Assembly: GCA_013239625.1 (NCBI GenBank)
Contig: MU054323.1
Coordinates: 2,542,001 to 2,590,915, forward strand
Reading direction: 5' to 3'
Source: Lama guanicoe
Taxonomy: Eukaryota
DNA: 48,915 nucleotides
Numbering within the stretch: the stretch's first letter is position 1; the number at the start of each line of letters is the position of its first letter. The notes below the pieces were generated by a model. The model was not told the origin of the DNA. It made no database searches and saw nothing but the letters and a program-made list of their open reading frames with translations. The translations under genes were made by a program, and so were the position numbers. Below are positions 12,159 to 25,460 of this stretch, one piece after another.

Positions 12159-13664
12159 GATCAATATCTGAATTCATTAATTTCTGCATGTACCAGTCAC
12201 TCAATATCCCATTTCTATTTCAGAAATTTTGTAAAGCTCAGTAAATGCACACCTTCAGATGTGTAACTGTAAGTACATTTTAAAGTGTGAAACACATGTT
12301 TCAGAAACACAGTATCCCTGTGCAGAAAGAAAAGGTAATTACTTGAATGCCAACTCAGAACTGGGAATACGAGGTTGCCAAAGAAATCTTCACAATGAAA
12401 ATCTTGTGTTTCTGGTGCACATGTTCAGTCAGAGATATGCAATTTTAAGGAATCTTCGTCTACAGGAATGATGCCAGCTCCTCTCTCCGGCACATCCTCT
12501 CGGTGGATTAATCACCGGGCCCCCAGTAACCACAATGTGACCACTATGTGAGGCGCCTTCTTCCCTAAAACAATGAAGTTCTGTCCGATTGTCTTTGGGA
12601 GGCATTTACAGCTCCAGGACATTGCTCTGTTTTATTGAAAGTCCTCAGCGCTGACTTCTTGGGACATGGCTAGGGGGGCTGTTGAGCTGGATTGGGCAAT
12701 ACCAGATGTCCCAGTGGGACACTGAGACATTCTTAGTGTGGGGGGCGCCCGGCAGGGACACATTTTGAGAAGTAAAGAAGGCATGAGTGTGTTTCCCAAA
12801 GCCTAGTGTGGGCGAGTGAGCTGACCCATCACTCTGATGAAGCTGTGTGTCCCCATCTCAAGTCCTCAGTGGGATCTTCCCCCCACACAGGTTACATGAC
12901 AGGGAGGAAAACGGTTGCTGGAGCCAAGACTCTTTGTCTTAATAATGATGAGCTGAAACCTCTTCTGTTCCTCTGGCTGGGTAGAGCCTGGAATGCAGTA
13001 GCTGTGCCCGAGGGGCCGTGTGGAGTATACAGAGCAACACTGTCATCCCCAGGAGAACGTGGCAGCCACCTTGCACAGTAGGCTGGCCCCTCTCCGCCCA
13101 CATGTCTAAGGACAGCAACCGAGAGTTCTTAAAATAATAAACAGCTGGCCGTGGGCTCCCTACACAAGCCCCAGAATTCCAGTACGATTCTACTTGACTG
13201 AACAGGTTTTAGACCACAGCACAGGAAGCCAGAGTCCAAAGGCCTCCCACCTACACCCACTGGCCTGGGCACCCATTTAGAATGATCACCCTGAAGGAGG
13301 AGGATCTCCTGTGAAGGAGCCAAGGACAGGGGGATTCAGAGGTCTTGAATTGAGCAGTCTTGTTCTCCATTTTTGGGATATGCAAATGCAAAGGTGACTG
13401 CGGCTCTGAGTCCTGTGCGGACATGATCTCATTTCCCCACATCTGAGGGGGCCTCTCTACCTAGAAAGTAACTCACCAACCTCATTCCCTGACCTCAGAC
13501 CCGGAAGTGGAGACAGCATAGGGTGGAAGATGAGAAAAGGCAAGAATCTCCCTGAGGTTCATAACGAGGACTTCTTCAGCAACCCGGTTCTGAACCTTAA
13601 GAGTGATGCTGGGGCAAGGATGACAGTAGAAACTTATCTGCTGTCTGGAAAAGTGGATACAACC

Positions 13665-13790
13665 GTAGATTGGGAATTAAAGAAACTGAGCTTTATTGCT
13701 GGTTCTGCTACCTGCAGGTCGTGTGACTCTGATAGATTATTTAACTTTTCTGGGCCTCACTTTCCCAATCCATAAAATGGGGAGAAAAAG
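13665..13790 (+). mobile_element. MIR SINE fragment
   Basis: 'tgtgactctgatagattatttaacttttctgggcctcactttcccaatccataaaatgggga'. Confidence 0.7.
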
Positions 13791-14019
13791 AAACCCGCCC
13801 TGGAGCCATGCCCATAGTAGATAACAAATATTAATTATTAACTGACCACTGGTTGCACAACTAGTACCTACCTCCAAGTTGCTGAGAGGACTCACTGAAA
13901 TGGTATCTGTGACCCTTGCCTCAAATGATAAACATGCACAATTTAAAAGCACAGTAAAGTCTACCTCTCCAAGGAGCCCTGAGAAGGCTCCACAAAATGT
14001 GGGGCTTCACAAAATGTAA

Positions 14020-14287
14020 GGTGCAGAATACTGATTATGTGACGCAGTAACAGGTATTCTGTGGGGAAAAGTTCTCACGGGGAAATATTCAGGAAATTCT
14101 GAGTTAAACAAATTTAAAGAGGTTTTTCATTTTGTAGGCTCTCTCAGGGAGTGCTGTAAATTTCCAAGAGGCTTAACAGGCAGCTCTTTCTAAGCTCATC
14201 TGATCGCTGAACCCCTTTTCACAGGGTTCTCAAAAATCTTGTGTTCTCAAGTGACATATTAAAGAATACAGTTGGGGAAACAGCTGC
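14020..14287. mobile_element. MER103C-like hAT-Charlie DNA transposon
   Basis: 'gaaattctgagttaaacaaatttaaagaggtttt...aatttccaagagg...ctgaacccctttt...ttggggaaacagctg'. Related, in the opposite orientation, to the copy at ~26.4 kb. Confidence 0.55.
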
Positions 14288-16909
14288 TTTAGACAGGTCC
14301 CCAGGAAGAAGGAGGTTCCATGGAACCCACGCTCACCTCATGAAATAAACCCTGGTTTCAGGGGCTGAACACATGCTTTCTTCCCTTTGCCTATTTCACA
14401 AGGCTGTGACCATGACAAGGTCTTTCTATGTGGGAACTGTTTTTTATCTGTAAAATGGAAATAAATATTAGAGAAAGAAAGGAAGGAAGGAAGAGAGATC
14501 AGCCAACGATTTGAGCTCCTAACTCATCAGTATCTAGAGTAGCTTCTGGTGTTGGAGATTAGCCACACCCTTGAACCCCTGAGTAGAAGCCACATCCACG
14601 GAGGGTAAAGTGAAGGATTCGGGTGGCAAAAACAGCCCCCCAACGTCCAGACTAAAAAGATGAGGAGGATGAGCCCTGTGGTTTTCTCAGGGCTGAGACA
14701 CTCGGGGAGGCACCAAAGGCCCCTGCATGGGTGTGGAGTCATGGGTATGGACCACAGAAGAGTTCAGAAAACAAAGGACTATCTTCTCCAAAATAACCCA
14801 TACCCCAGGTCAGTCCAGTGGTACTGAGAACTAGGAGCTGGTGACAATCTCCATTCATGCGAATCTTCATTTGAACGAGTAGATTTGCAATTAGCCCGTG
14901 ACAGGTTTTTGGAACCACCCGATGAGTGCCAAATGATATCTGGCATCCTGGAAAAGAGATTCCCCTTTTGGGAGATGAACTCATTTACCTGGGAGTTGGT
15001 GGGAGTGGTGTCAGAAAACTGACCCACTACCTCAAAGAGGGGAGCTTCTTTTCCAGGTTGCTAGGGCAACTCAGGGATAGGTTCGTGGAAAACCCCAGAA
15101 TATTCCCAGCCACACATGCTTCTGCACGTGGTGCTGCAGCCACCTGACCTGGTAGAGATGCTGGAAAGTTGATCCATCCACATTTGGAGCAAAGGGAAGT
15201 CAAAAGAACATCCTTTTTCTCACTGTCTTAAAAATCCTGTTCCAAAGGCCCTCAGGTCTCGAGGATAAATGACCTCTTTCTATATCACAAGCTAATTCAT
15301 TTTTACTTGCTCCCCCATCAAATTCATTCAAGAGTTAATTCAAATCCTACACAAATCATTATAGTAAAAGTGAGAATAAATTAAAGCTTAAGGTGCAAAA
15401 TGAGACTGAGTTAGCAATTGTTTTCACTGGAAAGATGCCTAATTTCCATCGGTCATAGGGGAGGATTAAATGAGAGAGAGAAATAGCACGGCCTGGTGGG
15501 AAAACAAAGAAATAAAAACCCTAAAATGAGGGTCTGAGGCTTTGAGTAAAATATTTCACTAGGCTCCTACGTTACAGGGTCACTATAAGTCCCTCTCTTT
15601 GCATTTTCTTGATTCTTCTTCTGTAAAAGAAGTACTGGGTTGGGCCCTTTGGATTCAGCATTCCAGAATCAGGATGGGGGCCGGGGGAGGGCAAGAATGT
15701 CTCCTAACAGTGTTTTCTGGATGCATTTTTCTTTCTGTTTCTGTAGGTCAGAAGGAAGCCAGCGATGTGAACACCCCGGCAAACTCCTGAGACAGTCTCC
15801 ATGCACACAGTTCTAAGATGCTATCAGTAGAGAACTTTCCACCTTTACTAACATTTCTTATCATCTGTCATCGGCACGGTGACTGTGAAAAATGCTCTCA
15901 GTGGGTGTTTCTGATTCATTTTTGTGATGGTCCCATGATGTCTGAAGAAGTTAAAGTTTAAACCCTCTCCCTTCCCATTGGCCTTTATAGCTGTGTGGAT
16001 TCTGCCTGTTAACTGGGTTGATTCCTAAGGCTTGAGCTTTCTAGAAAGGAAGATGGCCTGACCAGGGTAAGTGGCTGTATTTATGGAGCAGAAAACTCAT
16101 CCAGCTTTGAAATGGTTCTCTTATACAGCAGCAATAAAGGCCAGCCAGCCTGTCAATGCCTCCACTTTCAGCTGGTGTTATGAAGATCTCTATCTAGGAA
16201 TAAACTTCCTCAAAGATAAAATGACTGGCTTGAGCCTCGGAGACAATAGTAATATTGTCTTGGGAGTTTGAGATGCGGCTCCTAAAGGCACTTAGAGAAC
16301 ATCGTGCACTTTTCCCATTGATCCTGACAATTTCTGTATTGTTCATGAACTAGCCCTGAGCAAAGTCAGAGAGGAGTCAGGATTTGAGGTCCTTTAAAAC
16401 GTTAAAGTCGAACTACAGTCTCCAGTGGATAGACTGAATTTTTTTCTTTTATGTGATGTGTTGTGACTGCCACCCCGGCCAGGATTCAGGGTGCTTCCTG
16501 CCTCAGTCCCAGCTCCAAAGGCATCTAGAGTGTGTGCCGGGGCATGTGTGCACGCAGCACACACGTATACAGGCGCTGTCCTGTAGTGGTGGCCGTGTCT
16601 GTGCTGGTGTGTCTGTGCGCAGTGTGCCCGGCTGGGAGCATGGATCGCGGGGGAGGTAGGGCTAGTTTCAGATGCAAAAGAGGTGACTGTCCACACTTGA
16701 CAGCACTGAGATGCACACGCATGCAAAGGTGTGTGTATTTGTCTATATGCACATTCACCCATATCAAGTGTGTTTCTGTGAGTGGTGAAATGAAATGAGG
16801 TTTTGTAGAATTGGATGACTGGACGGGCACAGAGGATTATCAACAGTCTTCACATTCAATTCAGTGAAGACATCTCTGGTCCAGCCAAAATCCCAGTGGC
16901 TCTCAAAAT

Positions 16910-17055
16910 TGTCCATTCATTGCCGAGTTTTCCCTAATGCCTACTACATACTGAGCCCAGCATCAGATGCTGTAATAGAGGTGGAAAAAAAAAAAGGATG
17001 AGATTTATCTCCTCAAAGAGGTCACCGCATAATACGAAAGACAAGATGTGTATAC
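16910..17055 (-). mobile_element. L2 LINE 3' fragment
   Basis: 'atgcctactacatactgagc...gatgctgtaatagag...tcctcaaagaggtcac' is a reverse-oriented L2 end. Confidence 0.5.
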
Positions 17056-19878
17056 TTGAGGGGTAGAAGACCCCCAGGCAGAAAGGAGCCTGGTCAAGGC
17101 AGCGTTTTCTGACTGTGGTGCTCAGATGCCTGTTACCTCATCCAAGGACATTTTTAAGTATAACATTTATGAAGATAACGAACAGGAATATTTTCAACAT
17201 GCTGAGTGAATTCTCTGAAATTTAACTGAGGTTCTTTTTTACAGACAGTTAATATAGACTTTGTCTTGTGAGACAAACTATAAATAATATATTTACTAGT
17301 TCCAAGTGTGAGGTTGGCTTTTGGTTTTTTCTCATTAAGGAATTGACAAGGTTGTCACAAGGGTTAAATAAATGGTAATGATGATGATGGTGACGGTGAT
17401 GATGACAACCTGAGGTTAGTACAACAAGATTAATGATAGATATTTACTAAATTCTTAAATAATCTGGGTGTTGTGTTAAGTGACTTGTGTAGACTAACAT
17501 GATGAATTTGGGCTGCATCACTCTGAACTGCCATGCTCAAGGGAAGAGTAGCTAAGCTGGGACTATCATTCTTGCACCAAGGGCCAAGGCCATGGGAGGG
17601 CCTATTCTAAAAATCAAGGGGGAGATCACTAAGCACTGATCTGTAATAACTGTAAACTTTGGTTGCTTTCATCAAGATATTTACATGTGGTTAATGTCCT
17701 GAAATTACTATACCTATTTTTGTATCACTTCCAGCTAAAGTGAGTCCAAAGGAGTTTTGTGTGTGTGTGTGTGTTTAACAATTCCAGGTTTTCCTGTATC
17801 CCAGGGACATGTTTCTGAGTAGCAGTGTGGTGCTCACTGACTTAGACTTTTGACCTAGAAAGGAATTTAAGATGAATCCAGAGTGCCCCAGGTAGACTAA
17901 GCTGCCTTTATGAGGTTGTCACTTATGCTGTGCAGGCCTCTGAACTGAAGGTGTTACCAGCTGTCCTGAGTTATCCGTAGTCAGTTTCTAGTTAGTTGAA
18001 ACTGTGCTATGCAAATAAATTAAATCAAGCTGATGCTCATCTCTTTGACTATTTTAATACTTTTTTTAAAATGTAATCCTGGCTGATTTCTTAGGGAATG
18101 TCATATAGGGAAAAAGAACTTCTAAGCCTTTTTTCATTTCCATGCACTAAATATTAGTATATTTCCCTTCCTCCAGGGGTCATAGCTGGGCCTATTCCTG
18201 CTTTGCAGGCCTGTCGCCATCTGCCTGGCACAAGCTGATTTTCAACTTGTCCTTTGTTTTGGCCAACCAAGGCCAAGACTACCCTCAGCCTCAGAACCCA
18301 AACTGCTTGATCTCCTCTGCAGCAGCAGTCCACTGGATTTCTTTGAGCAAAGGAGTGGCGTGGAGAAGGAGATATTTACCTCTGTAGTAGCTCAAAGCTG
18401 CTGGGTGCAAAAAGAGAATATTAGCTGTAAAAAAAGACCTCTAAATAACAACTACGGAGGAGGGAGAGTGATACGTATAAAGAACTTTGGCTAAGAGTCA
18501 GCAGATAAAGAAAATCTGATCTTCTAAATCTAATTAATCTGGCACCAATTCACTGTGTTACTTTGGGCAGGTTACAACCTCTCTCTGGGCCTCTAAGTTT
18601 TCCGTCTATAAAATAAAGCTTTCCAAATATCCATCCAGGCTTGGCATACTATGGGGTTCCCATTTTAGTCCCAATTTGTAGTGTATGATAAAATGACTTC
18701 TCTGTTTCCTGGTTTCTTCCACTGTCTAGTGTCAAAGAAGAGGCAAGGCATTGTGGGAAGTCCCGGGAAGCGCGTGGGAACTCTTCACTGAAGAAGCAGC
18801 AACATCCAGGGCAAACAGAAATCTGCATCTGAGGCTCTTTCATGTTCAAAGGGGTGAGAGAGCCTGACCAAAGTGGCAAGGGAAGTCACTGTGCCCAGGG
18901 TCTGCAGGAAAACAAGGAAGCAGTTTCAAACGCATCCACTCTCCACCCCAACCACCCCTTCTCAAATCAATCACTGAGCTAAAGTAATACACATGCAACT
19001 TTTAAATCTTAGGCACCATAAATGATGCCCATAACTTAAAAGGATGCATCATATATATTCCAGTCGGGACATTAGAAAACATTAAGATAAATCTTCTTGT
19101 TTTGTAAGATTTTAAATATCCTTAAGGGAAAAGTTCTTGTTTGCCTTGGTGAGGGACTGCTGGGGCTTATTCACGGCTCAGAGATGAGGAAGGATATCTC
19201 CATCTCATCCAGTGATTTATGAGGCTGACTTGAACATTTCCAAGTGAGATTTTTTTTAAAGAAATTTTGCCAGTTTATTTTTTCTCATCTCCCTCTTGGT
19301 AGCAACTGAGGTTCTGAATTCAGTGAATATATGTTAGACACTGTTTACTTGAACTTTCTAAAACAAACTGTTCATCTTGGGTGTAACAGAAATGCTCTCT
19401 CTCTTTTTTTTTTTTACTGTTCCCATGCCTCTCTGCAGAGACTCGCCAACACAAACACCTACTTACAGGGCTGCACTCCACCACTGTACGCTCTTTGGTG
19501 AGTCTGCCATTGGAGTTCAGTCGATAAATTTGCATTTAGCGCTTAATTTGTTCAGTATGCCTTACTAATTTGGCAATATTTATTTTGGCCCAGAAAGCAT
19601 AAGGCAGCTAAGTTCTTTTGTTTTGTTTGGTATGCTTTTTTTTTTCATTTTCATAAAAGGATTTGAGATATGAAAAAGTTCCAAAGTCATGGACAGGACT
19701 GGTTTCCTGTTTATGAGTCACCATAAATATGAAAGGTGCTGGGTGACATTTCTCAGCTGAGAGAGTCCAATACAGCCCTGCACGGAGAGCAAATCCTCAA
19801 GCAGGGTGGTCTTGAGGTGACTTGCTGACCTTGTATAATGTCAAGAGGAATTATTGTTAAAGTACAGTAGCCAGATAC

Positions 19879-19906
<28 letters not shown>
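19879..19906. repeat. (CA)14 microsatellite
   Basis: Directly visible. Confidence 0.95.
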
Positions 19907-19910
<4 letters not shown>

Positions 19911-20639
19911 ACTTTAATGGTTTTTCTCACCCTCACTATTATAGAGAAGAGAGTTGTACTGTCATGTCTTTGTGTTCTCAAAATCAACCTTCACCTTTCA
20001 GGAAAAAGTGGCAGAAAGTGCATTCACGTCTGTAGCTTTTCTGTTTGTGTGTCTGTTTGGTCCGTGTGTCCTTTCATAAGGCTTCTCCGCAGAAACAAAT
20101 CTGACGCAGCAGCGCACTCAGAAAATGCTTCTCTCAGATGTGGGGCTGCAGCCCTGTGGCTCCTTCTCTTTCCCTCAAAGGAATGCTGCAGCTCGCAGGA
20201 CCCTCACACAGGCCTTGAAGCATTCGTACTAAATAATCCTCGAGAACACAGTAGTTACCAGACTCTGACCTTCCTAAGACTAGTGTGATCAGGGAAGAGT
20301 GGCCCCCGCAGTCTGAGCTTTACATTGTTTGCTGGGACATAGTGGGCAAGTAGAATGCCCCCTAGAGAGGAGGCTGTTCTCACTCAAAGACAAGTAGCTT
20401 TGATGCCTGACAGTTTGTGAAGGTCTCGGAAGAACTGGGCTTATGGCATCAGACTACATCCATCCATCTCAGCTCTGGTCTCTTCCAACTCCCAACCCAC
20501 AAGCACTCAGAAGTCGGTCTGAGATATTAAGACTGCACTTAAGGCAAAATGAATCAACTTGAGTCATGAACAGCAGTGCTATCAAGGCTGATATTTCTCC
20601 TCAAACAAAGAAGACACTGCCCATGAAATTCTGAAACCC

Positions 20640-21125
20640 TTTCCAGCTCATTGAACCCACTTCCTGAACACGTCATGGTTTTTGTTTTCAGTATAGCTTC
20701 ATATATTTGCCAAGCTATTCCATCTGCTCTGAAAGCCCTCTCTCGCCTTCCTGTAGTAAACTCAAGACTTACCCTCCAGGAGTCAGTTTCAATGTAACCA
20801 CTTATTTGATGCTTTTGCCAACTTCCCAGGCAGAAAGTTCTTTCCTCTTCTCTTCCCTGGTCTTTGTACTTTCATTTGTCCTTTTTCTTATGCATGCCTT
20901 ATTTCATTTATTCAAAGAGTATATAATTTAATGCCATGTGTATGCCAAACACTACACAAGCCACTTTTCCTAAAATATTGCAATGTTTGTCTATGAAAAT
21001 TGTCTAACAAAACTGGAGGTCTTCTGAAGTCAGAAAATTAGTCATTTAAATCTTGAAATCCCAAATGCCGAAAGCAGGTTAAATAGTACCCTTACTCAGA
21101 AATTATATTTACAACAAACAAATTA
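20640..21125 (+). mobile_element. L2 LINE 3' region (degraded)
   Basis: 'gctattccatctgctctgaaagccctc...tcagtttcaatgtaaccac'. Confidence 0.45.
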
Positions 21126-21924
21126 ATGCCCTGCTCTCTGTAGGTTCAATGATCGTTGTTTATTTGATAATTGTTTACCTACCATAGTAAGATTAAGCAC
21201 TTGTGCTTCCAAGTACTAGCCTTGAACACAGGAAGCGTTGGGTATTTCATGATTCAAACCTAGGAAAAGTTAGTATCTCAATTTCTTTGTTTATAAACAG
21301 AGACAAAAATGCTTATACTGTGAATGAGAGAAGTAAATAAAGTAATGTGTGAAATGTATTTTGTACTTATCCCAATGTTCTACGAGTGGTAGCCATCAGT
21401 TTTAATGATCAATATATTTAGAAATCATGTCAAAATAGCATTATTAATTTTTACAACAGACAGTGGAAATTTTAGGAGCCTTGCCAAGGCTGAACTGAGT
21501 AGCTCAAATACATGACGTGATGTCTGCCCTGTGTCAACAAAGACTACTATAGGGTCAGCTCAAAGAATCAAGAGGTTGTCACTATCATCCAATTACTCAG
21601 ATACAAAGGCTCTTGCAAATGTGAGGCTGAAAAACAACCAAGATGCCCAGTGTGCAGTGCCCGAGTCAACTCTAATTCACTCACATCAATAACAAGCACA
21701 TATGATGAGCATGCATGCGATTCCATCTCCAGTACATCCTCTAAAAATAAAAATGTAAATAAACTTAATTACGCTCCCCTTCCAAAAAAATTAAGATTAA
21801 AAAAGCATAATAACAAGTACATGTGAAATGGCCGAGTCTTTGCAGTTCTTAAGGCACTGCTTTAGGATGGTTTCAAGGACTGGGCATCTTCTCCAAGGGC
21901 ATGGACTGGCGTCTTGGCAACAGG

Positions 21925-21997
21925 CATGAGATTCATGCTGGGACAACAGGCATAAACAGAACTATCCTAGGCAAACTGAAATGTATGGTTGCCCCCT
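21925..21997. mobile_element. MER94-like hAT-Blackjack terminus
   Basis: 'atgctgggacaacaggcataaacagaactatcctaggcaaactgaaatgtatggttgcccc' resembles the MER94 terminal inverted repeat. Confidence 0.6.
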
Positions 21998-22599
21998 TAT
22001 AAATTAATTTAAAGAATATACGTTTTATCAAAGAAATATCTTAAACATAGTGATAATGTGAACCTAGAAAAGAAAGCAGATGTAAAGATTTACATATATA
22101 TGTGTGTATATATATTACATACATATATATATGGAGAGAGAGATGTATAATATTGTGAGAGCTTTTATGGGAATATTTAATGAATGAGTGAAGTAAGTAC
22201 TAACCACAATAAATGAAAGAACTGTAAGATAATGCTGCTTGGGAAGCCAGAAATTACATGAGAACATAACTAAAGAGTATCTTAAAGAATGTTTCAGAGT
22301 TTTGGAAGTGAAGAACAGAACTGGTGAGACAACAAGCTTTCCATGCCAAGAAGAGAGTATTAGCAAACAAAAGAGGTTGGACCTGGTGTGTCTGCAGAAA
22401 AAAAATTTACTCTCGTTAAGCTCTTAGATACTAGGTAGAAAAATTAAAGTCAGCAGAGTAAAAGAATGTTAGTCCCTCTTGTAGATGATGAAATCTTAAA
22501 TGACCCTACTTTCTTAAAGTCTTAAAGTTCACTACCTAAATTACACAACTTTCACAAATGTCAAACTATTAACAAACATTGATCTGGATGCATTGAAAC

Positions 22600-23800
22600 C
22601 TACACAATTAGTAAAGATATAGAAGATCTGAAGAGTCCGAAGAGGCTAATTAGTACGTTGGATCAAATAGAGATAGATGGAATACTGAACACACCAAACA
22701 AATATATACATTCTTTTCAAGCACACATCCTTAACAGGCATCGGTGGTAGAGAGAATTTTAAGATGGCTCCCAAGAGCCTTGCACCTGGTATACATACTG
22801 CTTCTCCCAGTTATTCAATCAAACTGATCTATGTACTACTATAAAGGGCTTTTACAGTTGCAATTAGGGTCTCAAATAAGTTGACCTTAAGATAGGAAAG
22901 TAATCCAGTTGGATTTAACCTAATTCCATGAGCCCTTTAAATTTGAGTCTAGAGGTCAGAGACAAAGAAAGTCAGAGATTCAAAGTATGAGGAAGATTTG
23001 ACCCAAGAGAAATTTTCTGTTGCTGGCTTTTAAGATGGAGGGAGTAACAAGGCTTGGAATACAGGTGGCCTCTAGTTGCTGAGAGCTGACAAATAAATGG
23101 GAACCTCAGTCCGATACCCACAAGAAACTGAATGCTACGAACCAACAAGAAGAATGAGCTCAGAAGCATATGCTGCATGCTGCCCCAGTTCCTCCAGACG
23201 AGAAGTGATTTCCGTATTGTCACAACCTGAGCAGAGAATCTAGACAGCCTCTGCCAGATTTCTGAGCTACAGAACTGTGGGCTGATAAATGGCTGCCATT
23301 TTAAGTCTCTAAATTTGAGATGATTGGTTATGCAGCAATAGAAAATTAATATAGTTTCAGCCCATAAGGAAATCCCAACAGATATCAAATAATTTATAAA
23401 ACACAGACTACTCTCTGACTAAAATTTAATAAAATTTAGAAATGATAAAATATGCTCCTCAGAGTCCCATAAACTTTGAATTTTTTTAAAGCAATTCTAA
23501 ATAGTCCATAATTCAAAGGACAAATAATAAGTATTAAAATATTGAGAAATAAATGATAAAGCTATATTGTGTCTGTGAATGAGAAAATGCAATAAAATAT
23601 TCAATTCTCTTTAAATTTAATCTACTGATTCCATACAATTCCTTTAATACATCCAACAAGATTTCGGTGAAAAAACCAAGTCAACCCTGATACTCCTATA
23701 GAAAATTATTTTTCAAGTTTCTTATTTAAAAACAAGTTGCAATAAACGATCTTGTCCAAATAAATTTGAGAACTTTTGTGAGAACATTAAAAAACAAATG
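22600..23800 (+). mobile_element. Old L1M (L1ME-like) ORF2 fragments split by an MLT1 LTR
   Basis: 'agtaaagatatagaagatctgaa...aatatatacattcttttcaagcacacat' (endonuclease region) continues after 23353 as A-rich L1-like sequence. Confidence 0.55.
22743..23353 (+). mobile_element. MLT1E-like MaLR solo LTR
   Basis: Start 'gtggtagagagaattttaagatggctccca', end 'ttggttatgcagcaatagaaaattaatata'; ~610 bp. Confidence 0.85.
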
Positions 23801-23804
23801 GTAA

Positions 23805-24947
23805 GTTGAGATGGTGGAGTAGGAGGACCCTGAGCTCAGCCCCTCCCACGGCATAACAAAATTACAGTTATGTACAGAGCAACTATCTCTGACAGCAACC
23901 TGAAGAACAGCAGAGGAGATTTTTCGCAAGCAAGGGTAAAAAGAAGGAACCACAGTGAGATGGGTGGGAGAAGTGGAGACACGATATGGTCAAGACTCAC
24001 ACCATCAAGTACGTGACCCACAAACTGGAGGACAGTCACAACTGCAGAGGTCCTCCCTAAGGAGTGGGGTGTCCAAGCCCCACAGTGGACATCCCAGCCC
24101 CGGGACCTGCACTGGGAAGATGAACCCCAGAACATCTGGCTTTGAAGGCCAATGAGACTTGTGTATAGGACAGCTGGAGAGCTGCAGGGAAGAGGCTCTG
24201 TTCTTAAAGAGTGCACACAAAATCTGAGACGCTCCAAGACCCAGCACAGAGACATTTGAAAGAAGTCACATCCACCTGATGATCCTGGAGAGCCTCTTGG
24301 AGAGGCAAGAGGCAATGGGGACTCCCCTGGGGACACAGACACTGGTGGCAGCCCTTAGGGGGAACTCACTGTACCACAAGCCCACTGGTGCTGACAAGCG
24401 CCATTCTGAATCCTCCCTCAGCCTCCTAGTGTCAGAGGCTTACCAGCCCACCAGCAGGCAGGCACCAGTCCCAAGACCCCCTAGTCAGCCACTTCAGAAC
24501 CTGGCCTCGCCCTCCAGCAGGCTGGCTGGGCTGGAACCAGGCCCGCACTGGCCCCGCAGACAGGTGCCCTGGGACCCGACCCCACCCACGGGCCAACAAC
24601 AGCCCGGGCCACAAAACAAATTTCAATAAATTTAAGAAGACTGAAATCATACCAAGTATTTCTTCCCAACAAAAATCACATGAGACTAGAAATTAAGTAC
24701 ACGAAGAAAACCGGAAAAATCACAAACAAGTGGAGGCAAAACAAAATGCTACTAAGTAATGATTGAGCCATTGATGAAATCAAAGAAAAATGAAAAACAT
24801 ACCTGGAGGCGAATGCAAATGGAAGCACGATAATCCAAAATCTATGGGATGCAGCAGAAGCGGTTCTAGGAGTGAAGCTGATAGTGACACAATCCTACAT
24901 CAGGAAACAAACAAACAAACAAACAAAAACTCAAGTAAACAATCTAA
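23805..24947 (+). mobile_element. Internally deleted L1: 5' UTR (23805-~24606) fused to an ORF2 fragment (~24607-24947)
   Basis: The 5' UTR start 'gagatggtggagtaggaggaccctgagctc' is homologous to 36062ff. From 24607 the sequence reads GHKTNFNKFKKTEII, the end of the L1 ORF2 endonuclease domain. Confidence 0.8.
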
Positions 24948-25269
24948 TGTAGATGAGGTTTATCCGTAAAGACTCATGGTCTTGCGGCTGTGGAAGTGAG
25001 TCCCTACTTTGGATAAAGTATGGATGTTAGTCCTAAATGTTGGTAGAGGCATTGATTTCATCTTCTACTATGTCTCCACTGGAATTTTAGAGCAAATTTG
25101 AAAGATCCAATTGGATCGTGATTTTGAGATGATTGGCATTTAAAAAAAGAAAAGTTCCCAGACAAATCCACTGAGACAAATCTAGGCTCCAAGTCCATAA
25201 AACTGAAAAGGTTAAAATTATGCAGGTCACTTTTACAGACGCAGAATGCTAATAGTCTACAGCAAGAGC

Positions 25270-25460
25270 AAGGTATTGGTCCCCAAAATAAATGGATTTG
25301 AATGCTGGTTTCACCGTTAGGTGGAAAGTCTTGGGCACATCACTCAACCTTTTTGTATTTCATATAACTCATCTGTAAAATGGGGATAACACTGCCAAGT
25401 ATAATAAGGACAATGAAAAGTTACCAGCACATTGCAAATATCCAAAGAATGGTAGTTGCT
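25270..25460 (+). mobile_element. MIR SINE
   Basis: 'cttgggcacatcactcaacc...ctcatctgtaaaatggggataac'. Confidence 0.7.

Noticed and set aside
23836..24672. Cluster of 60-168 aa ORFs on both strands
   Set aside because: They lie within a GC-rich L1 5' UTR, where stop codons are scarce. No coding signature.
25104..25117. Perfect 14-bp palindrome GATCCAATTGGATC
   Set aside because: A few palindromes of this length are expected by chance in 49 kb.
24948..25150. Unassigned sequence after the truncated L1 as a NUMT or processed-pseudogene fragment
   Set aside because: I could not match it to any mitochondrial or mRNA sequence I recognise. It needs BLAST.
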